Assembly (NCBI GenBank): GCA_963422615.1
Contig: OY730414.1
Location: 434,001 to 498,000, forward strand
Source of the DNA: Longimicrobiales bacterium
GTDB taxonomy: Bacteria; Gemmatimonadota; Gemmatimonadetes; Longimicrobiales; Gaopeijiaceae
DNA: 64,000 nucleotides
Direction of reading: 5' to 3'
Position numbers and translations under genes: made by a program. Under the pieces are notes generated by a model. It saw nothing but the letters and a program-made list of their open reading frames with translations, made no database searches and was not told where the DNA came from. Numbering within the stretch: the first letter of the stretch is position 1; each line of letters opens with the position of its first letter. Shown here one piece after another: positions 19,286-29,089 of this stretch.

Positions 19286-20452
19286 TCAGCGGCGCAGGGC
19301 ATCCGCCAAGGCGGCTACCAACGCTTCCGCATCTTCCTGGGTGTTGTAGACGTTGGGAGAAACCCGCACCTTCGTTCCCCGGAAGGACACGCCGACCCGG
19401 TGGCGCTCCAGGGACTCCTTGACCCGCCCCGGCGACGTCTCTGCGGGCAACTCCAGTCCGAAGAGGTGGGGGCTGCGCCAGGGGTCGTCCTCCATCCGGA
19501 ACCCCATCTCCCGCAGACGGGGGAAAACCCGGCCCATGAGAGCCCCGCAGTACGCCATTATCCTCTCCGGCCGCCACTCCAGAACCAGGTCCAGGGCAGC
19601 GGAGAGAGCCGGAACAAGCGCGAAGTTGCTACGCTGTCCCACATCGAAACGGACCGCTCCGGGCTGATAGTCGTTTCTGTAGTCCACCAAGCCGGCGAAG
19701 TCCTCCGAGCCCCGGCGCGCGATCCAGGTCTCCTCCAGGGGGACGCCGTCCAGATACCGCTCCCCAAACCACGCCAGGGAGAGGGCGTAGGGCCCCAAGA
19801 GCCATTTGTAACCCGCGACGATCAGGGCGTCGGGGTCCAGGACTTGGACGTCCATGGGAACCGCGCCTACGGATTGGGTGCCGTCCAGGACAAGGGCCGC
19901 GCCCACCTCTCGGGTCCGCCGGCGAATCGCGGCAACATCGAAGCAGGTGCCGTCGGTCCAGTGGACTGTCCCCATGGCGACGGCGGCCGTGGCGGAATCG
20001 ATCCGGTCCAAGACGCGGTCCGTCCAACCCCCTCCGCGCCCTCCTTCTTCCGGGGGCGGGACCACCCGAAGCTCCCCGCCCTTCTCCGCGACCAAGCGGC
20101 GCCAGGGGTACACGTTCCCGGGAAATTGCTCATGCAAAATGACGACGTTCCGCCCCGGTCCGGTCTCGGTGTTCCGAGTAATTGTGGAGACAGCATAGGA
20201 AACCGAGGGAACCGTGGCGACGCGGTCGGGATCGGAAGCACCGATCAACCGGGCAAAGCGGGCCCGAAGCTCGGCGGCAGGCCGAAAAAAGTCCTCCGGC
20301 GCGATGGCCTGGGGAAAGCGCTTGGCCCTCAACCCCTGGATGCCCGCCCGCTCCGCCACCCGGGGGAGCGGCCCCATGTACGCGCAGTTCAAGTAATGGA
20401 AGTCGTCGGGGAGAGTGAACCGGTCCCGCTGGCACGGCAGGCCGGACGTCAC
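19286..20452 (-). CDS. Class V PLP-dependent aminotransferase/lyase
   Basis: Motifs YLNCAYMGP, LDGTQSVG, AGYKWLLGP and VRVSPNVYN. GTG at 20452 forms a GTGA overlap with the TAXI stop. Confidence 0.85.
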   Translation of the reverse strand: MTSGLPCQRDRFTLPDDFHYLNCAYMGPLPRVAERAGIQGLRAKRFPQAIAPEDFFRPAAELRARFARLIGASDPDRVATVPSVSYAVSTITRNTETGPGRNVVILHEQFPGNVYPWRRLVAEKGGELRVVPPPEEGGRGGGWTDRVLDRIDSATAAVAMGTVHWTDGTCFDVAAIRRRTREVGAALVLDGTQSVGAVPMDVQVLDPDALIVAGYKWLLGPYALSLAWFGERYLDGVPLEETWIARRGSEDFAGLVDYRNDYQPGAVRFDVGQRSNFALVPALSAALDLVLEWRPERIMAYCGALMGRVFPRLREMGFRMEDDPWRSPHLFGLELPAETSPGRVKESLERHRVGVSFRGTKVRVSPNVYNTQEDAEALVAALADALRR

Positions 20453-21441
20453 GATCCGCCTCGGGACGGGGAGCTTCGCCGGTCTGTCGGAGGCGTGGGA
20501 GACAGGTTGGCCTCCATCCACTCCCGGGTGACCGGATGAAGCGGAATCGGGGCATCCCGAAGCGATTCCATTTCGATCTGGTTGACCATTTCGTGAACCT
20601 GCGCGAGCCCTGCCCGATCATTGGCAAGCAGATCGAGCACATTGGCAACTACATCGACGGGAAGGTCCGACAGGGCAACGATCCAGTTCATGATCCCCGC
20701 GGTCGGGAGGCTCTCCTCCATGCCGGGGTACGCCGCCCGGGGGATGGCGCCGTGAATGTAGTAGGGGTGACTCTCCCGCAGGGCTTCGATTCGGTCCGCC
20801 TCCATGGGCAGGAGTCGGGCCCCTCCGGTCGTAGTCGCCTCCAGCACTGCTGCCGCCGGATAGCCGACGGAGATGATCGCCGCGTCCAGAGCGCCGTCCC
20901 TCAGGGCGGTGGCGGACTCGTTGAAGCTCAGATAGCGAGGCGTCACGTCATCGTAGGTCAGACCGTAGGCACCCAGAATCTGCCGAGCCATCTGTTCCGT
21001 GCCGCTCCCGGCCGCCCCGACCGACACCGTACCCTCTGCAAGATCGGCGACCGACATGGCCGAAGATCCCCGGGATACGACGATGTGGGTCAGATTGGGG
21101 TAGAGGGGCGCCAGGATCCTCAGGCCCTCCACAGGCATCTCGTAGTCCTGCCCGCCGGTCGCCGCTTCGTAGACGGTGTTTCCCGTGGCAAAGGCCAAGT
21201 CGGTCTGGCCGCCCCGAAGCCGGTTCACGTTCTCCACCGAACCTCCGCTCACTTCCGCCGTGTACTGACGGAGGGAGTCCATGACGGAAAGGCGAGCGGC
21301 GATGGCACCGCCCAATGGGTAGTAGATCCCCCCGGTTCCCGCTGTACCCAGGCTTAGAAACTCCTGAGAACCGGGTCCGGAGCAGGCCGGAAGCGCCAGA
21401 AGCGCCGTTGTCGTCAGGCAGAATCTCGAGAATCGCTTCAT
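20449..21441 (-). CDS. TAXI family TRAP transporter solute-binding lipoprotein
   Basis: Lipobox LPAC, GTAGTGGIYYPLG, GGSVENV, GAAGSGTE and IPLHP. Confidence 0.9.
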   Translation of the reverse strand: MKRFSRFCLTTTALLALPACSGPGSQEFLSLGTAGTGGIYYPLGGAIAARLSVMDSLRQYTAEVSGGSVENVNRLRGGQTDLAFATGNTVYEAATGGQDYEMPVEGLRILAPLYPNLTHIVVSRGSSAMSVADLAEGTVSVGAAGSGTEQMARQILGAYGLTYDDVTPRYLSFNESATALRDGALDAAIISVGYPAAAVLEATTTGGARLLPMEADRIEALRESHPYYIHGAIPRAAYPGMEESLPTAGIMNWIVALSDLPVDVVANVLDLLANDRAGLAQVHEMVNQIEMESLRDAPIPLHPVTREWMEANLSPTPPTDRRSSPSRGGS

Positions 21442-21514
21442 TTTGGGGACTGCTCCTTGTGGGCCGTTCGGGTGAGGGCCTGGGGACTCGGGATGGGGAA
21501 CCGGGATAGCATTT

Positions 21515-23449
21515 TCAACTGGCATTGCGCGTTCGAATCATCCGCTTCTTCGGTAAGTGACTCGTCTTCCCGCGGTCACCCGACCCGATCCCGGGAACGC
21601 TGCCGATCAGGAAGAGCACCAGTCCGATTCCGTCCCAGAGCAGGCCGGGCACGACCAGCACCACCGCCGCTCCAAAAAGAAGGATTCTTTGCCAGTGGGC
21701 GATGGCACCTCGCACGTATCCGATCACCGCGCCCGCCAAGGCCACCACGCCCACAAGGCCCGACAGGGAAGCGTACGCAATCTCAAGGGCCGACCCCTCC
21801 AGGATCAGGGGTGGCGCATAGATGAACATGAAGGGCACCAGAAAACCCGCCGAGGCCAGCCCCATGGCGGTCCACGCCGTTTTGATGGGCTGCGAACCGG
21901 CGACCCCCGCAGCGGCGTAAGCCGCAAGGGAAACGGGGGGCGTCACGTTGGAAATGCATCCGAAGTAGAAGATGAACAGATGCGCGCCCAACAGAGGAAC
22001 CCCCATCTCCACAAGAGCGGGAGCCCCCAGAGCGGCGAGAACTACGTAGGCCGCGGTGGTTGGAAGGCCCATCCCCAGAACGATGGATCCCAGCGCGGTC
22101 AGGGCCAGAGCGATCAGAAGATTGCCCTGAGAAACCACCACGATGAATTCCGACATTCGGAGACCGATCCCGGTAAGGGACGCCACCCCGACGACGATCC
22201 CTGCCGCAGCGCAGGCCGCCGCCACCTGCACCGAACCCGATGCCCCGGCGCGGAGGGCATGGGCAATCCGCGAACGGTCGGGACGAGTGCGCTTTACGGC
22301 ATACGCCGCCAGCACCGACGAGATGACGCCCCAGAAGGCGGCCCGCATGGGCGAACGTCCCAGGGCGAGCAAGAGGACGATCACCGCGATGGGCAGGATG
22401 AGGTGGATGCGGCCGAGAACGTCTTCGGACCGGCCGCCGGCCGATCCCTGGAGTCCCACCTTGGAGGCTCGAAAGTGGATGGCACCCAGGAGGGCAATGT
22501 AGTAGAGCGCAGCGGGGATCACCGCAGCGAGGGCAACTTGGCCGTAGGGAATGTTCGTCCACGTTGCCAGGATGAAGGCGCCAGCACCCATGACCGGAGG
22601 CATGAGCTGACCCCCCGTGCTGGCGGCGGCTTCGATGGCCCCGGCGAAGAAGGGCCGGAATCCCGACCTGCGCATGAGAGGAATCGTGAAGGATCCGGTA
22701 GTGACCACGTTGGCCACCGCGCTCCCGGACAGAGACCCCATGAAGGCACTCGACACGGCGGCGGTCTTTGCTGGCCCGCCCCGGGTCCGCCCGGCGACCC
22801 GGTCGGCGAGGGCAATGAGCAGGGCGCCGCCTCCCGCCACATCCAGAAAGGCGCCGAACAGGACGAAGAGGTAGACGAAGTCCGCCGATACCCCCAGGGG
22901 CACACCCCATATTCCCTCCGTGGAAAGGAACAGCTGTTCGATCAAACGCCCCGGCCCGTAGCCCCTGTGGGCCAGAACCCCGGGCAACCACGGTCCCGCA
23001 AGGGCATACCCCAAGGCCGCCGCCGCGACGATCACCAGGCCCCACCCCGTAGCCCGGCGGGCCAGAATGAGCACCGCGACGACGACAACGGCTCCCGCCG
23101 CGAGATCCGGAATCTCCGGGGTCCCGGACCGGCCAACCAGCGCTTCGTTCTGGGAGACCAGATACAGGGCGCAGAAAACCAGAGCGGCTCCGAAGACGGC
23201 GTTGAAGCTCCAGCCCCATCGGGATCTAGGAAGCTTGCGCACCCCGACCCCCATGAAGGCCAGGGCCGCCATGAAGGCCAAGTGGATCGGGCGCTGAACC
23301 AGGGCGGTGAAAGGGGCTACACCGGCTCCGTACAGATGAAACAGGGCCGCAAGGGCGGCCACGACCAGCACCACCCGGCCACACAACGTTCCACCGCCGC
23401 CTGCCCTTCCCTTTCCGGCCTGCGGAATGTCGGCCGGAGGGGCTTCCAC
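21515..23449 (-). CDS. TRAP transporter fused (4TM/12TM) permease
   Basis: Motifs GGPAKTAAVSS, SGSAVANVVTTG, ASTGGQLMPPVMGAGAF, GMGLPTTAAY and TPPV. Confidence 0.92.
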   Translation of the reverse strand: MEAPPADIPQAGKGRAGGGGTLCGRVVLVVAALAALFHLYGAGVAPFTALVQRPIHLAFMAALAFMGVGVRKLPRSRWGWSFNAVFGAALVFCALYLVSQNEALVGRSGTPEIPDLAAGAVVVVAVLILARRATGWGLVIVAAAALGYALAGPWLPGVLAHRGYGPGRLIEQLFLSTEGIWGVPLGVSADFVYLFVLFGAFLDVAGGGALLIALADRVAGRTRGGPAKTAAVSSAFMGSLSGSAVANVVTTGSFTIPLMRRSGFRPFFAGAIEAAASTGGQLMPPVMGAGAFILATWTNIPYGQVALAAVIPAALYYIALLGAIHFRASKVGLQGSAGGRSEDVLGRIHLILPIAVIVLLLALGRSPMRAAFWGVISSVLAAYAVKRTRPDRSRIAHALRAGASGSVQVAAACAAAGIVVGVASLTGIGLRMSEFIVVVSQGNLLIALALTALGSIVLGMGLPTTAAYVVLAALGAPALVEMGVPLLGAHLFIFYFGCISNVTPPVSLAAYAAAGVAGSQPIKTAWTAMGLASAGFLVPFMFIYAPPLILEGSALEIAYASLSGLVGVVALAGAVIGYVRGAIAHWQRILLFGAAVVLVVPGLLWDGIGLVLFLIGSVPGIGSGDRGKTSHLPKKRMIRTRNAS

Positions 23450-24148
23450 CTACCTAAAGATGCCGACGACCAAGGATACGACGACCACCAACCCGATCAG
23501 CACCGTCGCGGTCGGTGCCCAACGCCGCCGCTGGTCCAGAACCGAGATCCCCAACCCCGCAATTACCGCGGCCCAGATGGAGAAGAGATCAAGGGACATC
23601 AGGACATTGTGCAGGTAGCCCCCCTCCGGCAGGAAGGACAGGAACGTCCCCACGGAAAAACTGAACTGGGGATCCAGGCTGGCGATCCGGAACGGAAGCA
23701 GAGCGATGGCCCCCAGCATCATGATGATCCCGCTGTGGCTGATTACGGACAAGTGTTGCTTGAAGGTCGCTTCATCTCCGCGAAAGAAGACAAAGATGAC
23801 ATAGGTGATACAGCTCAAGACCACCGCCCCCACAAGCATGGTCACCATGGCACCGAAGGCGGAAAAGAGCGGGATCCAGTCGGCTGCCATTGGGTTTCCT
23901 TGGCCAGCCGGCATGTTCGTCCGCAACATCTCTTCCCACGCTTCGGCGGGAATCAAAAACATGGTGATCCCGCTCAACAACGCGGTGAAGGCCAGCATGG
24001 AAAACCATACCGGACGGACGGCAAGGGCTTTGAAAAGAGATTCCGTCTGGAAGAGGATCATCCAAAATCGCTTCGGGAAGGCCGGAAGCGGCGGAGGGTC
24101 GCTTCGCTGGGTATCCGAGCGCGTCCGGTAATCGGTCTGTTGGTCCAT
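23450..24148 (-). CDS. Yip1 family membrane protein
   Basis: About five TM segments with the family pattern (F..L..RPVW; ATFKQHLSVISH; LDLFSIW). Confidence 0.7.
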   Translation of the reverse strand: MDQQTDYRTRSDTQRSDPPPLPAFPKRFWMILFQTESLFKALAVRPVWFSMLAFTALLSGITMFLIPAEAWEEMLRTNMPAGQGNPMAADWIPLFSAFGAMVTMLVGAVVLSCITYVIFVFFRGDEATFKQHLSVISHSGIIMMLGAIALLPFRIASLDPQFSFSVGTFLSFLPEGGYLHNVLMSLDLFSIWAAVIAGLGISVLDQRRRWAPTATVLIGLVVVVSLVVGIFR

Positions 24149-24149
24149 G

Positions 24150-24986
24150 TCAGTTCTCCAGTCGAGTTCTGGCGGGTCCCCTCACCTCGAGCGACATAGC
24201 AGGGATACCCGCTTCCAAAAAGCTCATGGTCCCGCTCATTTGCCGGTCTACATCCGAAGCATAGAGCAGCCCCAGGCCAGCGTCCCACAGGACGAAACCT
24301 GCTTCCGTACCGCTGACGCGCTGCTCCACCAAATTTCCGTCCTGGTTCAACTCCGTAATCACTTCCGCATCCCCCGATACGGAAATGTGCAGAAGCGTGC
24401 GACCATCCACCAAGGTATCGCCCAAAAGCGTGTAGGTGTAGACGCTTGTAGAGGACACCTCTGCGGGGCCTTCCGACCCGGACCAAGTCACCGTATCAAC
24501 CCACGATTCGCCGGGCTCCACCGCCCGGGCGGGAAGTCTGGGGAAAATCCCGTAGGCCAAGGATGAAAAGGAAGAAAGCACGGCCCCCGGCCCGGCTACT
24601 TTCGGCGTCGAAAGCAGCTCCACTTCACCCCGGCGGCCCATGACGAACACGAGGGACCCCTCCACATGGCTCTCATCCGCCGCGAGCGGTCCTCCCATCG
24701 GGTTGTCCAGGACTGCATTGAAGTCTTCCACGTCGGCGGTTACCCGAATGCCACCCTCGCCTCGTTCAAAGGCCATCGCCAGGGTCACAACCGATCTTTG
24801 TCCGATGGTCAAGGGACCCATGGGTGAATCGACAGTGATATGCAGGGTATCGGCCACCCGGTACGTCGCCGACGGCGTCTCGGGAAGATAGTAGGCCAGC
24901 TCACCCGCAGGAGAGGCCCCCCCGGGCACCGAACAGGTGACCGTCAAGAGGACTGCCCAGGCCGGAAAAAGTATTCTTCGTTGCAT
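24150..24986 (-). CDS. Secreted beta-rich hypothetical protein
   Basis: N-terminal signal-like segment, FPRLP..VEPGESWVDT and alternating beta-strand patterns. Abuts the Yip1 gene. Confidence 0.65.
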   Translation of the reverse strand: MQRRILFPAWAVLLTVTCSVPGGASPAGELAYYLPETPSATYRVADTLHITVDSPMGPLTIGQRSVVTLAMAFERGEGGIRVTADVEDFNAVLDNPMGGPLAADESHVEGSLVFVMGRRGEVELLSTPKVAGPGAVLSSFSSLAYGIFPRLPARAVEPGESWVDTVTWSGSEGPAEVSSTSVYTYTLLGDTLVDGRTLLHISVSGDAEVITELNQDGNLVEQRVSGTEAGFVLWDAGLGLLYASDVDRQMSGTMSFLEAGIPAMSLEVRGPARTRLEN

Positions 24987-25236
24987 GATGGCTCCAATTC
25001 GATGTCGTCACGGGACGGAAGTCAACGGGACACCGTCGAAGAAGCTGCAAAGTACGTCGGCCATTCTTGTCGGGCAATCGGCAGAGGCTTATCTTTGCCT
25101 GTTGCCATGAGGCGTAGACAGAGCTTGGTTGTGGAGACGATGATGATCACCAAGACCCGGCCGCCTCCTTGGACCCGATCCGCCAGGGTCGACACGTCGT
25201 ATTTTTCCCGTTCGCGAAAGCTCCTTCGGAGGCCAG

Positions 25237-25803
25237 ATGTACAGAACCAACCCGGACAGAATCCTCGAAAACATCGACCGGGCCCGGAGTCGGGACATCG
25301 AACGGGCGTTGTCGCTGAACGACCGCCAGGCCCGGGGACGGGAGATGGATACGACCCCTCCCGACGGCGATTCAACGAGTCCCGAGCGTATGAAGCGGCT
25401 CTTCGCTTTGGTGGAGTCCGGATACAAGAAAGCCGCGCAAGGGCCCGAAATCAGCCCTCTCGCGGCCCGATTTCAATCCATTGGGGATATCTCCGACCAC
25501 ATGGCGCGGGGAGATGTGAGCGTTTCCGTCCACTATATGGATTCGGACCGCCATGACGATGTGGGCGTCGTTCCGTTCACGATTATTCCCCGCCATTTGG
25601 AAGAGGCGAAGAAGGAAAGCCGCACCAGCCGTCCCGACGTCAACGCCATGCGCGTGCTTCGCCTGCGACTCCGTGACGGGGTTCTGGCCGCCTACAGAAA
25701 GATTGAACCGCGTCTGCGCGATGCCCTGAAAGAGCGCGCCGACCTGGGTCACGTGTCGGCAGAAGTGACCCTGGATCTCTGGCCGAGCACCCCCTCGCCC
25801 TGA
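25237..25803 (+). CDS. Hypothetical cytoplasmic protein
   Basis: GGAGG Shine-Dalgarno before ATG 25237; charged, protein-like composition; no family recognised. Confidence 0.65.
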   Translation: MYRTNPDRILENIDRARSRDIERALSLNDRQARGREMDTTPPDGDSTSPERMKRLFALVESGYKKAAQGPEISPLAARFQSIGDISDHMARGDVSVSVHYMDSDRHDDVGVVPFTIIPRHLEEAKKESRTSRPDVNAMRVLRLRLRDGVLAAYRKIEPRLRDALKERADLGHVSAEVTLDLWPSTPSP

Positions 25804-25999
25804 ATCCGGGGATGTCCGGGGGCGGCGGGTACCTGGTCCCAGATACGGGACGGGGGTTTCGCAGCCTGACGGGTGGGCCTTGAACGCGGGGCAGTCCTTG
25901 ACGGTTGAAGGGATGGCGGGCCCTTGGCGAAGTGGCGCCCGGTATGTGGCCCGTTGAACCATAGGCCCGCCCCGCGCCGGCCGGCATCTTCCGGCCCAT

Positions 26000-27766
26000 A
26001 TGGCGGAACGTGGCAGACTCATCGGGCAACTCCTCGTGGACGCCGGAGCGGTGACCCCCAGGGAGGTGGAAACCGCCCTTGCAGAACAACGTCGCTCGGG
26101 GGGAAGCCTGGGAGAGATCCTCCTGCGGCGGGGCGTGGTTGACGAAGTCGAGATCGCGAAGGCCCTCGCCACGCAACTCGGCTTGGCCTTCGCTTTGCCT
26201 CCCCTGCACTCCGACTCGAAAGCGTTGGCGAAGATTCAACCCCGCCTGGCTCAGGAGAAGGGGGTTCTTCCGCTGACGCTCGAGGGCCGGTGCCTTACTG
26301 TCGCCCTCGCCAACCCACTGGACACGGAAGCGGTCGACGACCTGCGCTTCCATTCCGGGTGCCATGTCGAGGCCGTGGTGGCGCCGCCCTCCGCCGTGGC
26401 TAGGGGCGTCCTGGAAGCGTTCGGCGGCGAACTCCCGGACCCGGTGGAGCACTCCGGCCCTGCCGCGCGGGACACCGGGGAACTGCGGGTCCTGGAACAA
26501 GAAGCCAGCGCCACTTCCATCGTGCAGATTGTTGACCACCTCCTCTCCACCGCCGTGAACAGCCGGGCCAGCGACATCCACATCGAGACCCTGGGGACGG
26601 GCTCCCGCGTGCGGCTCCGGATCGACGGCCTCCTGGCCACGGCCACGGAGATGCCCCCCGGGAGTCACGAAGCCACGATTTCCCGGATCAAGATCATGGC
26701 CGGACTGGATATCTCGGTCCGACGCCGTCCCCAGGATGGCGGCTTTACCGTGAAGCGGCACAACACCGAGCTAACCGTCCGCGTCTCAACCATTCCCACT
26801 CGAAAAGGCGAAAAGGCCGTACTGCGGCTCTTGGACCCGGGCAACGCGCCCCGGAGTCTGTCGGCCCTGGGACTTTCCTCCCACGACCTGGAGCGCCTCC
26901 GTCAAGTGTTGAAGCGGCGCCAAGGCGTACTCCTGGCGGCGGGTCCCACGGGAAGCGGAAAAACGACGACCCTTTTCGGGGCAGTGGCCGAGCTGGGGGC
27001 CGAACCGATCAACATCGTCACCCTGGAGGACCCCATCGAGTACCGATTCCCGGGGGTTGCGCAGGTGCAGATCGACCGGAAAGCCGGGGTTGGCTTCCCG
27101 TCGGGTCTCCGGGCAATCTTGCGACAAGACCCGGACGTGATCCTGGTGGGGGAAATCAGGGATCGGGAAACCGCCGAAATCGCCATGTCGGCAGCAGTGA
27201 CCGGGCATCTCGTTCTCACGACGATTCACACCGTCGATGCGCCCAGTGCAATTGTTCGTCTCTTGGAGATGGGCGTGCCCCCCTTCCTGGTCGCCGGGGG
27301 ACTGGCCGGTGTGGTAGCCCAGCGGCTCGTCCGCAAGGTCTGCGCCCGTTGCGGTGGGAAAGACGACTCCAAGTGCCCGGTGTGCACCGAAGGTTACCGG
27401 GGACGAAGCGGGGTCTTCGAGGTCCTGGTAGTAGACGACGAGATGAGGACTGCCGTCACCGCCGAAGCCTCCATTAGGTCCCTTCGCACTCTGGCCCGAC
27501 AAAACGGAATGGGGTCCATTGCCCGGGATTCGATGCGTAAAGTCGCAGAAGGCATCACAACACCCCATGAGGCGGGCCGAATCATCGCCCTTACCGAGGC
27601 CGCCACCATTCCCTGCGGAAACTGCCGCGGAGCGATTCCACCCGGCGCTATCGGTTGTCCCAAGTGCGGCCGTCCCCGCCTGACCACATGCCGGTGCGGT
27701 GAATCGCTAGCTGAGGGTTGGCGGTTCTGCCCGGCATGCCTGCGCCCGGCGTTGGCCATCAAGTGA
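26000..27766 (+). CDS. GspE/PilB family secretion or pilus ATPase with MshEN-like N-terminus and C-terminal zinc ribbons
   Basis: Motifs ASDIHIE, RRPQDG, GPTGSGKTTT, TLEDPIEY, LRQDPDVILVGEIRD and TGHLVLTTIH, with several CxxC pairs at the C-terminus. Confidence 0.92.
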   Translation: MAERGRLIGQLLVDAGAVTPREVETALAEQRRSGGSLGEILLRRGVVDEVEIAKALATQLGLAFALPPLHSDSKALAKIQPRLAQEKGVLPLTLEGRCLTVALANPLDTEAVDDLRFHSGCHVEAVVAPPSAVARGVLEAFGGELPDPVEHSGPAARDTGELRVLEQEASATSIVQIVDHLLSTAVNSRASDIHIETLGTGSRVRLRIDGLLATATEMPPGSHEATISRIKIMAGLDISVRRRPQDGGFTVKRHNTELTVRVSTIPTRKGEKAVLRLLDPGNAPRSLSALGLSSHDLERLRQVLKRRQGVLLAAGPTGSGKTTTLFGAVAELGAEPINIVTLEDPIEYRFPGVAQVQIDRKAGVGFPSGLRAILRQDPDVILVGEIRDRETAEIAMSAAVTGHLVLTTIHTVDAPSAIVRLLEMGVPPFLVAGGLAGVVAQRLVRKVCARCGGKDDSKCPVCTEGYRGRSGVFEVLVVDDEMRTAVTAEASIRSLRTLARQNGMGSIARDSMRKVAEGITTPHEAGRIIALTEAATIPCGNCRGAIPPGAIGCPKCGRPRLTTCRCGESLAEGWRFCPACLRPALAIK

Positions 27767-27864
27767 TCCGGCGGCTGTCGGCAACTAATGAAGCCTCGGA
27801 AGGCGGTCTGCCCAGACAGGGTTTTGAGGGGTCAAGCTTGGATTCAAAGGCGACCGTTCAGGCG

Positions 27865-28971
27865 TCAGGCTTCAATCACGCACTTTCGTGTCGTCAGGGA
27901 ATTGATGCGATCCGCACGGGGAATCACCCCTATGCCCGGCCCGTCGGGCAAGGGCATACACCCGCCCTTCATCTTGAACTCCGGGGAGACCAGGTCTTCA
28001 ATCCAATAACGCCTGGAATCGGAGATGTCTCCCGGAAGGGTGAACCCCGGTAGCGACGCCAGCGCCACATTGTGCGCTCTTCCGATCCCGGACTCCAACA
28101 TTCCTCCGCACCAGACCGGCCAGCCCGCGGCCCGGCAGGCGTCGTGTATGGCGATGGAAGACTTGAACCCTCCGACTCGGCCTGGCTTGATGTTGATGAT
28201 GCGCCCCGACTTCAGGTGGAGGGCCAGCCGGGCGTCCCCGGGAGAGCAGACGGATTCGTCAAGGCATACGGATGTACGCATCTGGCGCTGAAGGGCCGCA
28301 TGGTCCAAAAGGTCGTTGTAAGAGAGAGGTTGTTCAATCATCATCAGGTTGAGGTCATCCATCGCCTTGAGGCGCGACAGGTCGCCGGACAAGTCGTAGG
28401 CGGAGTTGGCATCGGCCATGAGCGGTGCCTGGGGGAAATGGTCCCTGACCTTCCGCAGAACCTCTACGTCACGGCCCGGCTTGATCTTGATCTTGATCTT
28501 CCGGTATCCCTCCGCGAGGTAACCCTCAACTTTCGCAAGAAGGGCGTCGTCAGTCCTCTGAATGCCGACAGAGACTCCAACGGGAACACCGAAAGCCGTC
28601 CCTCCGAGCAACTCCCCAAGGGGCACCCCCCGGCGTTTCGCCTCCAAATCCCACCCGGCCATCTCCACTGCGGCCTTGGCCATGGGATGGCCCCGCAGCC
28701 ACGGGGCCGGCTCAAGGCTCCGGCCATCCTCGACCTCTGTTCCCACAATCTCCGGAAGGAGCCACCGCGTCAGCACGTGCCAAGCCGTGTCGGTGGTCTC
28801 GTAAGAATACCCGGGTGTCTCCCCGGCAACGCACTCGGACCAGGCTTCAACGCCTCCCGCTTCAAGAGTGAGCAAAAGCAGACGCCTGGCCTTTGTGCCA
28901 CCGCTGCTGATTTCAAAAAGCTCCTTGAGCTCAAGGGGCACTTCCCGGAGAACGGCTCTACACACCCTCAT
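27865..28971 (-). CDS. menC: o-succinylbenzoate synthase / N-succinylamino-acid racemase (enolase superfamily)
   Basis: Motifs KIKIKPG, MADANSAY, MIEQPL, CLDES, NIKPGRVGG, WCGGMLESGIGRA and PGDISDS. Confidence 0.85.
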   Translation of the reverse strand: MRVCRAVLREVPLELKELFEISSGGTKARRLLLLTLEAGGVEAWSECVAGETPGYSYETTDTAWHVLTRWLLPEIVGTEVEDGRSLEPAPWLRGHPMAKAAVEMAGWDLEAKRRGVPLGELLGGTAFGVPVGVSVGIQRTDDALLAKVEGYLAEGYRKIKIKIKPGRDVEVLRKVRDHFPQAPLMADANSAYDLSGDLSRLKAMDDLNLMMIEQPLSYNDLLDHAALQRQMRTSVCLDESVCSPGDARLALHLKSGRIINIKPGRVGGFKSSIAIHDACRAAGWPVWCGGMLESGIGRAHNVALASLPGFTLPGDISDSRRYWIEDLVSPEFKMKGGCMPLPDGPGIGVIPRADRINSLTTRKCVIEA

Positions 28972-29089
28972 ACTTCCGCCTTATGGCCATCTGGGCGTAA
29001 AACGAGAGGCGGTTGACGGGTAGGATATCGGTGGCGAACCCGCGATGGTTAACCTGATAACCCCCCTGACCCGACCCCTCCGAATAAGG

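Noticed and set aside
21557..24199. 880-aa plus-strand ORF, and similar long ORFs at 17010-18548, 32713-34557, 43545-45464 and 53957-55279
   Set aside because: Antisense to well-supported genes; composition typical of shadow frames.
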